From Candidatus Woesearchaeota archaeon (lineage in GTDB: Archaea > Nanobdellota > Nanobdellia > SCGC-AAA011-G17 > PNOQ01): DNA of 64,000 nucleotides. Below, in pieces: positions 55,396 through 63,788 of the stretch; within the stretch, counting starts at the first letter, position 1; each line of letters begins with the position of its first letter. Where the stretch lies: the NCBI GenBank assembly GCA_018652625.1, contig JABIBT010000021.1, positions 14,502 to 78,501 on the forward strand. The letters run 5' to 3'. The notes beneath the pieces are model-generated. The model saw nothing but the letters and a program-made list of their open reading frames with translations. It was not told the DNA's origin and made no database searches. The position numbers were made by a program, and so were the translations under genes.

Positions 55396-57911
55396 ATATA
55401 GATGTTAAAACCATCCATTCCAGTTTCGTGGTGGAATAATTCAAACCTATTTAAGTTTTTTCCTTCATAAAAGTATAATTCTGTGAACATACTTCCTAGT
55501 AGCTCTGGATTCATCATCATAATTTGGGAATTATGTGGGAAATAAGCTGCTGCAGTATCTGCTACTGGATTTTCTGAGAGATATATATTTTCGTCGTCTC
55601 TATAGTCTAGAAAAATTTCTTCTCCTTCAGTAGTTTGTGCTTTGGCTATTCTTTTATTTTGATCTATGATTATTCCATTGCTACAATAGAATGTGTTATT
55701 TTGGTTTTGGCAACTTCCAATTCCAGAGTATCCAGGGTATGGAGCAATCCATTGATTTGCATCTTCTTCCGAGATACCTTTTAATTGTCTATAGGTTCTT
55801 TCTGCCTCTTCTTGAGAATATTCTAACCTATCCATTAGTATCTCCAATGCCTCTTCTTTTGGATTGGATTTGATTGTAGTATAAGCAAATGCTCTTTTGA
55901 AATCCCAGGAACCGAAATGTGCCCAAACTGCTGATTTTGATACCATATCTTGAGAGGTTATGAAATAATTTTCTGGAGGATTACAATGTGTTTTTTCTAA
56001 TATTCTATTAGGATTTTCAACATATTCTGATAATGTGTTTCTTGCAGTGTTTTCATCCTCTAAAATTATTCTATCAATTATTTCTTTTGTTAATAATGGG
56101 TCTTGTGTCTCTTCCAGCAAAAAATCATATGCATCATTAGCTCCACAATCTAACATCCTTAATATTGCAATTGCTTCTTCTTCATTATCTGTTAAAAGTA
56201 TTTTTCCCATCCAGTGGGCTTGTGGATTGTTTTGGGATGCCCCATCAAAAGTTACTTTTCTGTCTGCTATGGCTTTAAACCAATGCCCAAAATCCCACCA
56301 AGAATTTACTATAGCGTCCTCTGGTGTTTCTCTTTCTATTTTTGTTAGTGAATCATACCAAGCATCATTCATTGATGGTGCTTCCCTAATTGCCGTTTCA
56401 TTTGCAGATTTGGTTAATGGGACAAAACTTACTACAGTGAGTAATATGAGACATATCGAAAGAAGTTTTTTGCTAAGATCTAACTCTTTGGACGCCCATT
56501 CAATAATTAATGTGTATGCCTTTCCGAAGAAAATTCCTAAGCCTATTGCAAATACTGGAACCATAAACATAACGAATCTTACTCCCTTTGTCGTAGTATA
56601 TAATGTTACTATTGCCCATAGGATTAATAAGATTCCATATTTTATATCAAGTTGAACTTTTTTCTTTTTTAGAAATACAAAAAGTATACCTATTACAGCT
56701 ATTGCTACAAGTATTTTTCCTCCAAGTTGAGAAACAACACTACTCATAGAAATTTTGTTTAGTTCTGCTACTGTAGTATAAACATTTGGCCAAAGTGTTT
56801 TTTTGGCTGCTTCTTTTATGAATATTATGCTTGCTGGAGCTTCAAGAAATTTAAAGAAAGCTCTAAATCTCCCCATAAAAATGGACACAAATAATGCAGA
56901 GGACAATAAGTATATTGCTCCTGTTTTTATTAAATTTTTTGTTTTCAATTTTTTAAATATGTTTTTATGATACTTTATTAATAGATAAATGAAATAAACC
57001 CCCATTCCTGCCAAGATTATATCAAACATATACCACCACCCACTCCATGCGAATGAGAATATGCCGGTTAGTAATCCAGTTGATACTCCCAATATATATC
57101 TAGATTTATTAGTTTTAGCGGTGAATGTTTCCATAAATAACCAAATTAAAATTGATGAAAAGAAAATGCCATATGCATCTGTGTCTGCAAATCCTGCTGG
57201 AGTCCTTCCTAAAAAGGCGGGATGAATTGCTAATACGAATGCAGCTACCACGCCCCCAAGATTCCCGGATACTTTTCTTGCTATGAAGAAGATAGGGATA
57301 ACCGATAGTGTTGCAAAAAGTAGTGGGAGTATAAACATAGTTTTCATTAATGAATCATTTCCAAAGATGCTACTTATTTTATGAAGTATTGCTCCAGCAA
57401 AAGGATGAAAACTGTTACTTACTGGTTTTCCATTTGGAGCGTACATGTGATTGTTGAATGGTTGGCCATCTCTTATTTCATCACCAACATGTCCATTTTC
57501 TAATACATTTTTAGTTTGTCTGTAATAGTAATATGGATCTATTGCTAAGAGGTAAGTTTGACCAGAATCATCTTTATAATAATTTTTTAGTTGTTGTGAA
57601 ACTTGTTCTGTTTGATCGGTTATGGCTTGTTGGTTTGAACTAATGAACGCCTGGTACCTTTGACTTGTTAATATATCTAATGTGTTTTGATCAATGTCCC
57701 GGGTTTGGGACATTATCTCTGACTGTATTTGATTTTTTATGTTTCTTTCCATAGATTCTTCTGCTAGTTTGTCGGTCATTGGAAGATCATAGGTGTATGC
57801 TCTAAAGAAAATTGCAAAGAAAATAGGGATAATTAAAAGAAGAACAATGTAATATTTTTTGATGAACTTCTTTATCTTTTTAGTATCATATCTTATATCT
57901 ATCTCTTCCAT
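55377..57911 (-). CDS. aglB: Archaeal oligosaccharyltransferase (STT3 homolog).
   Basis: It is 844 aa with 13 or so N-terminal TM helices. The catalytic WWDFGHW (WWDYG) motif is present, followed by a soluble C-terminal domain. Confidence 0.9.
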   Translation of the reverse strand: MEEIDIRYDTKKIKKFIKKYYIVLLLIIPIFFAIFFRAYTYDLPMTDKLAEESMERNIKNQIQSEIMSQTRDIDQNTLDILTSQRYQAFISSNQQAITDQTEQVSQQLKNYYKDDSGQTYLLAIDPYYYYRQTKNVLENGHVGDEIRDGQPFNNHMYAPNGKPVSNSFHPFAGAILHKISSIFGNDSLMKTMFILPLLFATLSVIPIFFIARKVSGNLGGVVAAFVLAIHPAFLGRTPAGFADTDAYGIFFSSILIWLFMETFTAKTNKSRYILGVSTGLLTGIFSFAWSGWWYMFDIILAGMGVYFIYLLIKYHKNIFKKLKTKNLIKTGAIYLLSSALFVSIFMGRFRAFFKFLEAPASIIFIKEAAKKTLWPNVYTTVAELNKISMSSVVSQLGGKILVAIAVIGILFVFLKKKKVQLDIKYGILLILWAIVTLYTTTKGVRFVMFMVPVFAIGLGIFFGKAYTLIIEWASKELDLSKKLLSICLILLTVVSFVPLTKSANETAIREAPSMNDAWYDSLTKIERETPEDAIVNSWWDFGHWFKAIADRKVTFDGASQNNPQAHWMGKILLTDNEEEAIAILRMLDCGANDAYDFLLEETQDPLLTKEIIDRIILEDENTARNTLSEYVENPNRILEKTHCNPPENYFITSQDMVSKSAVWAHFGSWDFKRAFAYTTIKSNPKEEALEILMDRLEYSQEEAERTYRQLKGISEEDANQWIAPYPGYSGIGSCQNQNNTFYCSNGIIIDQNKRIAKAQTTEGEEIFLDYRDDENIYLSENPVADTAAAYFPHNSQIMMMNPELLGSMFTELYFYEGKNLNRFELFHHETGMDGFNIYIWKVKW

Positions 57912-57933
57912 TAAAAGTAGAATTTTAGATGAA

Positions 57934-57941
57934 TATATAAA
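57934..57941 (-). promoter_or_regulatory. TATA box for the aglB operon (TTTATATA on the minus strand).
   Basis: It lies 30 nt upstream of the start at 57911. Confidence 0.5.
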
Positions 57942-58035
57942 TGTTATGTAAGTTTTAGTTATATAAAGTTATTTAAAATAAATTATAATCTAATTTTTAC
58001 GTGAAAATTGATTGTTTGATTGAAGATTAATAAGT

Positions 58036-58043
58036 TTTATAAA
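58036..58043 (+). promoter_or_regulatory. TATA box (TTTATAAA) for asnB.
   Basis: It lies 30 nt upstream of ATG 58066. Confidence 0.55.
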
Positions 58044-58065
58044 TTCTCCATTTGTCCTAATTTTT

Positions 58066-60006
58066 ATGTGTGGAATTGCTGGATATAATTTTGAAGATAA
58101 AAAATTGATTAAACGTATGATTGATCTCATTGCCCATAGGGGACCAGATGATAAGGGTGTTTTTTCTGAGGAAGGAGTTACCTTTGGTCATTTGAGATTG
58201 AGTATTCTTGATTTGAGTAAAAAAGGAAAACAACCTATGCAGAATAAAAATAACTTAACTATTGTTTATAATGGGGAGGTTTTTAATTTTAAGGAAATTC
58301 GTGAAAGTTTAGAGAAAAAAGGGTATAGATTCAAAAGTAACACAGATACTGAAGTTATTTTAAATGCTTACGATGCTTACGGAAAAGATTGTTTAAAATT
58401 ATTTAATGGGCAGTTTGCTTTTGTTATTTATGATCCCAAGAAAAAAATATTTTTTGGGGCCAGGGATAGAATCGGAATTAAGCCATTTTATTATTATAAT
58501 AAAGATGAAAAATTTATTTTTTGTTCTGAAATGAAGGGAATATTAGTTCATGAAATTGCAAAAAAAGTTAATAAAGATTCTTTAAATCGATTTATTGCTA
58601 ATAGGTATATTTCTGGACCAAATACAATTATGAAAGATGTAAAAAGATTGTTGGCTGGGCATTACTTTATCTATGATTTGAAATCTAATGAAATGAATAT
58701 AGAAAAATATTGGGATCTTTCTTATAATATTCAAAATAAGAGTGAGCAATATTTTGTTGATACGTTTAGAAAAGGGTTTGAGGAATCTGTTAAGAGAAGA
58801 ATGATTAGTGATGTTCCGCTTGGTGTTTACTTAAGTGGAGGAATTGATTCTAGTGCTATAGTTGGCACTATGAGTAAGTTTACTAAGGATATTAAAACCT
58901 TTTCTGTGGGATTTGGTTATGGGGAAGAAGTTGATGAATTGAAATATGCTAAAGAAGTAAGTGAAAAGTTTAATACGGATCATAAGGAATTTATTGTACA
59001 ATCTGATTTAATGAAAAATCTTCCTAAAGTAATTTGGCATGGCGATGAACCCTTGGCAGATCCTGCTTCGTTGCCTGTTTATCTATTATCTGAAAATGCT
59101 AAGAAACATGTAACTGTTGTTCTAACGGGAGATGGTGGCGATGAGTTGTTTGCAGGCTATGAACAGAATAAATTTCTTATGCTTAGAAATAAATTAAAAT
59201 ATATTCCTAAACCAATAAGACAGTTAGGGGTAAAAGGTGTTGAAATTGTTCCAGAGAAAATATTAAATCATTTCTTTGCATATTCTTCTAATATTGGAAA
59301 AGAAGGGAGAAAGAGATTTTGCAATTATGCTACAAATATTGATAATAAAGCGAAGGCGTATTTTGAGATTATGGGGATATTTAATGATAAAGAAAGAAAG
59401 GAATTATTTACTCATAATATGTTGTCTGATGTGAAGTTGTTTTCTCATATGAATAGAATCAACAAAACATATTATAATGATAAAAATAATTATTTAAACC
59501 AAATTTTAAAGTATGAGATAAAAGAACCACTCCCAGAAAATTTATTAATGAAAACAGATAAAGCCACTATGCCATATGCTATTGAAGCAAGAGTTCCTTT
59601 TTTGGATCACAAATTTGTGGAATTTTCTTCTACCCTCCCAACTCATTTAAAATTGAATAAGATTAAGGGTGGCGATAAATATATTTTGAAAAAAGCAATG
59701 CAACCTATTTTGCCGAGCAGTATAATAAAAAGACGAAAACAAAGATTTTATGTTCCAATTGATTTATGGTTGCAGAAGGAAGACATCCGTGGAATGGTTG
59801 ATAATTTATTGGATGAAAAAACGATAAAGAATCAAGGATATTTTAATTATAGTATAATTGAAAAGATAAAAAGAAACTATGGTGATTCAAAACTATTTTA
59901 TGCTAGACAAATGTGGTCTTTACTGAATTTCCAAATATGGAATAAAGTTTTTATTGAAGAGGATATAGCAAATAAGAAAGGCAAAATAAGTAATTTATTT
60001 ATCTAA
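58066..60006 (+). CDS. asnB: Asparagine synthase (glutamine-hydrolysing) family amidotransferase.
   Basis: The N-terminal nucleophile is MCGIAGY and the PP-loop is YLSGGIDSS. Confidence 0.85.
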   Translation: MCGIAGYNFEDKKLIKRMIDLIAHRGPDDKGVFSEEGVTFGHLRLSILDLSKKGKQPMQNKNNLTIVYNGEVFNFKEIRESLEKKGYRFKSNTDTEVILNAYDAYGKDCLKLFNGQFAFVIYDPKKKIFFGARDRIGIKPFYYYNKDEKFIFCSEMKGILVHEIAKKVNKDSLNRFIANRYISGPNTIMKDVKRLLAGHYFIYDLKSNEMNIEKYWDLSYNIQNKSEQYFVDTFRKGFEESVKRRMISDVPLGVYLSGGIDSSAIVGTMSKFTKDIKTFSVGFGYGEEVDELKYAKEVSEKFNTDHKEFIVQSDLMKNLPKVIWHGDEPLADPASLPVYLLSENAKKHVTVVLTGDGGDELFAGYEQNKFLMLRNKLKYIPKPIRQLGVKGVEIVPEKILNHFFAYSSNIGKEGRKRFCNYATNIDNKAKAYFEIMGIFNDKERKELFTHNMLSDVKLFSHMNRINKTYYNDKNNYLNQILKYEIKEPLPENLLMKTDKATMPYAIEARVPFLDHKFVEFSSTLPTHLKLNKIKGGDKYILKKAMQPILPSSIIKRRKQRFYVPIDLWLQKEDIRGMVDNLLDEKTIKNQGYFNYSIIEKIKRNYGDSKLFYARQMWSLLNFQIWNKVFIEEDIANKKGKISNLFI

Positions 60007-60106
60007 AACTTCTTTTAGTTTTCTTGATAGAATTGTTACATTTCTCTTTTCATTATATGTTGGAACTATAATAGATATGTCCATTAACGAGGGGATTAGA
60101 GTAAGG

Positions 60107-60114
60107 TATATAAA
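60107..60114 (+). promoter_or_regulatory. TATA box (TATATAAA) for tRNA-Ser(CGA).
   Basis: It starts 33 nt upstream of tRNA position 1 (60140). Confidence 0.55.
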
Positions 60115-60139
60115 TGTTGTGAAGGTTTTATAGGGTCAT

Positions 60140-60220
60140 GCCGGGATCGCATAATCTGGTATTGCACCGGTCTCGAAAACCGGGCCTTCGGGCATCTGGG
60201 TTCAAATCCCAGTCCCGGCG
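60140..60220 (+). tRNA. tRNA-Ser(CGA), intronless, class II.
   Basis: The folded cloverleaf has acceptor GCCGGGA/TCCCGGC, anticodon stem CCGGT/ACCGG, loop CTCGAAA, variable arm GCC-TTCG-GGC, T arm CTGGG-TTCAAAT-CCCAG and discriminator G. TTTT follows. Confidence 0.9.
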
Positions 60221-60222
60221 TT

Positions 60223-61101
60223 TTATACTGGACAGGTTCCTACAAAAGTAGCACAGTCAATGTTTTGTCCGTAATAAGAACCAAAGCATACTTGATCTAT
60301 TTCACCAATACAACAATCTTGGTTGAAATCTGCTTTCCAATATTGTTCAAAGTTTTCTGGAGAGGTTTCGTAACATAAAGCCATTCCCATGCCTAAATAC
60401 ATCATATCTTCGAAGTTAACTACTCCGTCTTCAATTCCTTCTGGTCCGGTCATATCTGGACAGAACGGTCTAGTGAATCCCCCACATAATGGTGGCTCTT
60501 CTGGTACTTCTATGCCCTCTTCAACTCCAGTTATTAATAAACCTTTTTTTGTGTGGCTTATTCCTTCAGCAGTTAAAGAATATTCAAAAACAAGTTCTCC
60601 CTTGAATTTACTTCCCTTTGTTTCACTAATTATGCAATTATCTGAGCTCCACCTTGAAGAAGCCCCATTGGAAAGAGCATTTGAACCAGAGCAACCCTCT
60701 GTACAGGTTAAGATACATAATGTTGCTTTAGTATCTGGATCTGCTAAACTAATTGATATGTCATTCAAATTTTGACCCTGCCCATTTAGTATATTTATTT
60801 CTACTTGTCCAGTTTCTGTGATTCTAAAATCTTCACAATCAATTCCAGGGACTATTGTACAGCTTGCTGGAATTATGTTAGCAGAATCTAAAACGCCAAA
60901 ATATGCTAGTGCTCCGATTGCAGCCATTACTACTAAAATTGCCCAACCGTAAGTCATCAAGAATTCCATAGAGGCTTGTCCGCCCCTTTTTACCTTTTCT
61001 TTTAACCTGTTTTTATATGCTATTTTTATGGCTTCCTTTGCCCATTTGGGTAAACCGTTATAAGTACGTCTTTTTATTCCATGGATTGTATTGGTAACCA
61101 C
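60223..61101 (-). CDS. Type IV pilin-like protein (class III signal, Glu at +5) with a long basic leader and a Cys-rich C-terminal domain.
   Basis: KRGG|QASMEFLMTYGWAILVVMAAIGALAYF is the canonical archaeal pilin N-terminus. The only in-frame start upstream of it is GTG 61101, which gives a 41-aa leader. That start has a TATA box 30 nt upstream. Confidence 0.7.
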   Translation of the reverse strand: MVTNTIHGIKRRTYNGLPKWAKEAIKIAYKNRLKEKVKRGGQASMEFLMTYGWAILVVMAAIGALAYFGVLDSANIIPASCTIVPGIDCEDFRITETGQVEINILNGQGQNLNDISISLADPDTKATLCILTCTEGCSGSNALSNGASSRWSSDNCIISETKGSKFKGELVFEYSLTAEGISHTKKGLLITGVEEGIEVPEEPPLCGGFTRPFCPDMTGPEGIEDGVVNFEDMMYLGMGMALCYETSPENFEQYWKADFNQDCCIGEIDQVCFGSYYGQNIDCATFVGTCPV

Positions 61102-61123
61102 GTTTAATTCCTTGTATGTAAGA

Positions 61124-61131
61124 TATATAAA
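61124..61131 (-). promoter_or_regulatory. TATA box (TTTATATA on the minus strand) for the pilin gene.
   Basis: It lies 30 nt upstream of GTG 61101. Confidence 0.5.
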
Positions 61132-61150
61132 TGTTTATAATTTAGAAAAC

Positions 61151-61158
61151 TATATAAA
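61151..61158 (+). promoter_or_regulatory. TATA box (TATATAAA) for the small ORF at 61180.
   Basis: It lies 29 nt upstream of ATG 61180. Confidence 0.45.
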
Positions 61159-61179
61159 CAAATTATCTAACGATGAATT

Positions 61180-61299
61180 ATGGCAATAGAACAACCATTA
61201 TATGCCCCGGCAAAGAATTTAACTTGGATAATTGTTAGCATTGTTGCAATTATTGTTATTTATGTTCTTTCTCAATATTTGAAAGTTAAAAAGAAATAA
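61180..61299 (+). CDS. Unannotated 39-aa single-TM small protein.
   Basis: The translation is MAIEQPLYAPAKNLTWIIVSIVAIIVIYVLSQYLKVKKK. It has its own TATA box at the standard spacing. It is absent from the ORF track, probably because of the length cutoff. Confidence 0.4.
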   Translation: MAIEQPLYAPAKNLTWIIVSIVAIIVIYVLSQYLKVKKK

Positions 61300-62877
61300 T
61301 TAGTCCTCTTTTTTAACTAAGGTTTCTATCATTGCAGCAAATGCTGGTCTTGTTATGAAAACACCTATTGAGATTCCAATTATTGTTATTAATGCGAATC
61401 CCCTTATTAGTCCTGCTCCTGCCCTGAATAAAGGTAACATTGCAGCGAAAGTTGTGAAGTAAGCTGCCATAATAATGAAGAATGCTTTCTTTAGTCTGTG
61501 TTTCCATGAAGAAGCAAAAGTATAAGATTTAGATAAAACTTCGTCTATGATTACGATTTGATCGTCTACTCCGGTACCCACTGCTGCGATTATTCCTGCA
61601 ATTGCTGCCATGTCTAAATTATATTTAATTAGTGCAGAGAATCCTAAAATTATGAAAACTTCTGAGAGAGATGCAATTATCATTGGAATTGCTATCTTGA
61701 AATTTCTGTATCTTATGAAAACAACTATTGCTACTGCTAATATGGATAATAGTCCTACTTTTATTGCATTATCTACAAAAGAACTTCCTAATGTTGGTGA
61801 GATTGTATCTAATTTTACTACTTCTAATTTGAATGGAAATGAACCAGTTAATAAAATTGTTTGCAATTTGTTCATCTGTTGTTGTGCATTCATTATTGCT
61901 TCTTGTCTAGTTTCTCCATATCCTGGTCCAGAGATCTGAATCTGTGTTGCTTCTAGTCCTTTTAGATCAATACCAATATTTAATGAGTCAACTAATGTTT
62001 CGTCTAGGTAAAAATCGATTTGTTTTTCTAAAATTTGATTTCCACCTTCTGTTGTTATGATTTCTAATTCTGAAGTTATTTCGGCGTGTCTTTTTGCAGC
62101 ATTTGGTGATAAGTGTATTACGAATTCAAATCTACAAAATTCTTGTCCAGTTTGTTGATCAGTGTTACAGTCTGAAACACCTGCACACGTTCCGTCATTT
62201 CTACATACAAAAGTTATGTCTTCTCTTCCGCCCCTAAAAGCAGTGTCATTTCCTATTCTTGCTTCGAAGTTTCCTTGAGATGCTATTAAATCAGAAACTT
62301 CTTGTTTTGTTGCTCCCGCTATCTCAACTAAAATATATTTATTTCCTAGTAAGTCGTCAGACTTTCTTATTTCAACATCAGATAGACCATATGTGTTTAA
62401 TCTGTATTCCATTACTTGAATTAATTCATCTCTTTGTGAGTCTGTTATTTGTGTTTCTGGTTTTAGTAGAACTCTAGTTCCTCCTTGTAAATCCAAACCC
62501 TTTCTTATATTATTTGATGGAACTTCTTGTACAATTAATCCTAACTCTTTTACAGTTTTTGTTAATGTATAAACCTGTTTGTCTGTTTTTATTATTACAT
62601 TTTCATTAAGTAAAATTTGAGAAGTTATATCTGAGTAACCTTCCAAGTTTAATACCTGTTCTCCGTTTATTTCTAAAATTCTTTCATAATTAGTTGGAGA
62701 AACTTCTCTTGAGGGTGCTTCAAAACCAGCTAAGTCTGCTACTGAATCTGGCTCTATTCCCTTTATTGCTACACCTTCTTTTGAAAATTGAGGACTTATT
62801 GAAGTAAAACTAACTAGTAGGAAAAATAGTAAAATCCATATTCTTGCTTTTCTGAATAATTTTCTAGCTTTGTTCAT
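61300..62877 (-). CDS. secD: Protein-export membrane protein SecD.
   Basis: It has an N-terminal TM, a large extracytoplasmic domain, and a C-terminal 5-TM bundle containing AAVGTGVDDQIVIIDE. Confidence 0.8.
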   Translation of the reverse strand: MNKARKLFRKARIWILLFFLLVSFTSISPQFSKEGVAIKGIEPDSVADLAGFEAPSREVSPTNYERILEINGEQVLNLEGYSDITSQILLNENVIIKTDKQVYTLTKTVKELGLIVQEVPSNNIRKGLDLQGGTRVLLKPETQITDSQRDELIQVMEYRLNTYGLSDVEIRKSDDLLGNKYILVEIAGATKQEVSDLIASQGNFEARIGNDTAFRGGREDITFVCRNDGTCAGVSDCNTDQQTGQEFCRFEFVIHLSPNAAKRHAEITSELEIITTEGGNQILEKQIDFYLDETLVDSLNIGIDLKGLEATQIQISGPGYGETRQEAIMNAQQQMNKLQTILLTGSFPFKLEVVKLDTISPTLGSSFVDNAIKVGLLSILAVAIVVFIRYRNFKIAIPMIIASLSEVFIILGFSALIKYNLDMAAIAGIIAAVGTGVDDQIVIIDEVLSKSYTFASSWKHRLKKAFFIIMAAYFTTFAAMLPLFRAGAGLIRGFALITIIGISIGVFITRPAFAAMIETLVKKED

Positions 62878-63736
62878 TTTTTCTTTTTATGTACCATACT
62901 AATAATGAAGTATTCATGATCCAAGTTGATATTATGTCAACTACTAGTGCGATTAAAACAATTCCAAACATTTGTTTAATTACTAATGAATTTGTTATGA
63001 AAAAACCAACCGTTAGTGCTACAATGGTTGTGACCGTCATAGTAATTCCCGTTTTGAAAGAATTTTTTATTTTTTCTTCTAAGGTTCCTTCTTTCCTTTT
63101 TATTAATCTAGTTGTTAAGAGTACATCTGTATCTACTGAATAACCTATTACCATTAAGAAAGCGGCAATTCCCGCAGTAGATAATTTAATTTCGAATAAA
63201 CTTATTACAGCCAAGGTTACAACTAAGTCTAAAATTGCTGAAAGTATTACTGCCAAAGAAGGGACTAATTTTCTAAAAATTATGAAAATAACTATTGCCA
63301 TTAAAATTAATGCGAATATGATTGCTCCTATCATTTCTTTGAAAAAAGATTCACCTAATCCTGCACCCATTTCTTGAATAGATATTTCATTGTAAGGCAA
63401 GTTCTCTTCTAAGAAAAGTTTAAACTCTTGAGAAGTTGTTCCTGTTATGTCTATAATTATTCCTGTTTTTTCTTTTGAACCAAAAGTAGATAACTCTCTG
63501 ATTGAGATATCTGAGTCTGGAAAGTTTTCTTCTAATAGAAATCTTATTTCTTCTAAGTTGTATTCGTCTAAAGTTAGAGTTGCAGAGACCCCTCCTGATA
63601 GAGAGACATCCTTTTCTATTATATACCCTTTTGAGGAATATTGCATTCCTAAAATTGCTAAACTTATAATTAATAGTAATAAAGGAATTAATAATAATTT
63701 TTTATATTTATTAATTATTAAGTTTTCTAAATTCAT
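62864..63736 (-). CDS. secF: Protein-export membrane protein SecF.
   Basis: It is 290 aa with an N-terminal TM, a small extracytoplasmic domain and 5 C-terminal TM segments. It overlaps secD by 14 nt. Confidence 0.8.
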   Translation of the reverse strand: MNLENLIINKYKKLLLIPLLLLIISLAILGMQYSSKGYIIEKDVSLSGGVSATLTLDEYNLEEIRFLLEENFPDSDISIRELSTFGSKEKTGIIIDITGTTSQEFKLFLEENLPYNEISIQEMGAGLGESFFKEMIGAIIFALILMAIVIFIIFRKLVPSLAVILSAILDLVVTLAVISLFEIKLSTAGIAAFLMVIGYSVDTDVLLTTRLIKRKEGTLEEKIKNSFKTGITMTVTTIVALTVGFFITNSLVIKQMFGIVLIALVVDIISTWIMNTSLLVWYIKRKNEQS

Positions 63737-63758
63737 GAATTTTTGAGAAGAGAGAGTA

Positions 63759-63766
63759 TTTAAATA
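63759..63766 (+). promoter_or_regulatory. TATA box (TTTAAATA) for trm56.
   Basis: It lies 30 nt upstream of ATG 63789. Confidence 0.5.
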
Positions 63767-63788
63767 GTTTTTGTATTGTTTTCTTTTT

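Noticed and set aside
61173-61238. There is an alternative small ORF from ATG 61173 (MNYGNRTTIICPGKEFNLDNC).
   Set aside because: It is only 21 codons with no hydrophobic segment. The overlapping frame from ATG 61180 gives a clean single-TM protein and fits the TATA spacing better.
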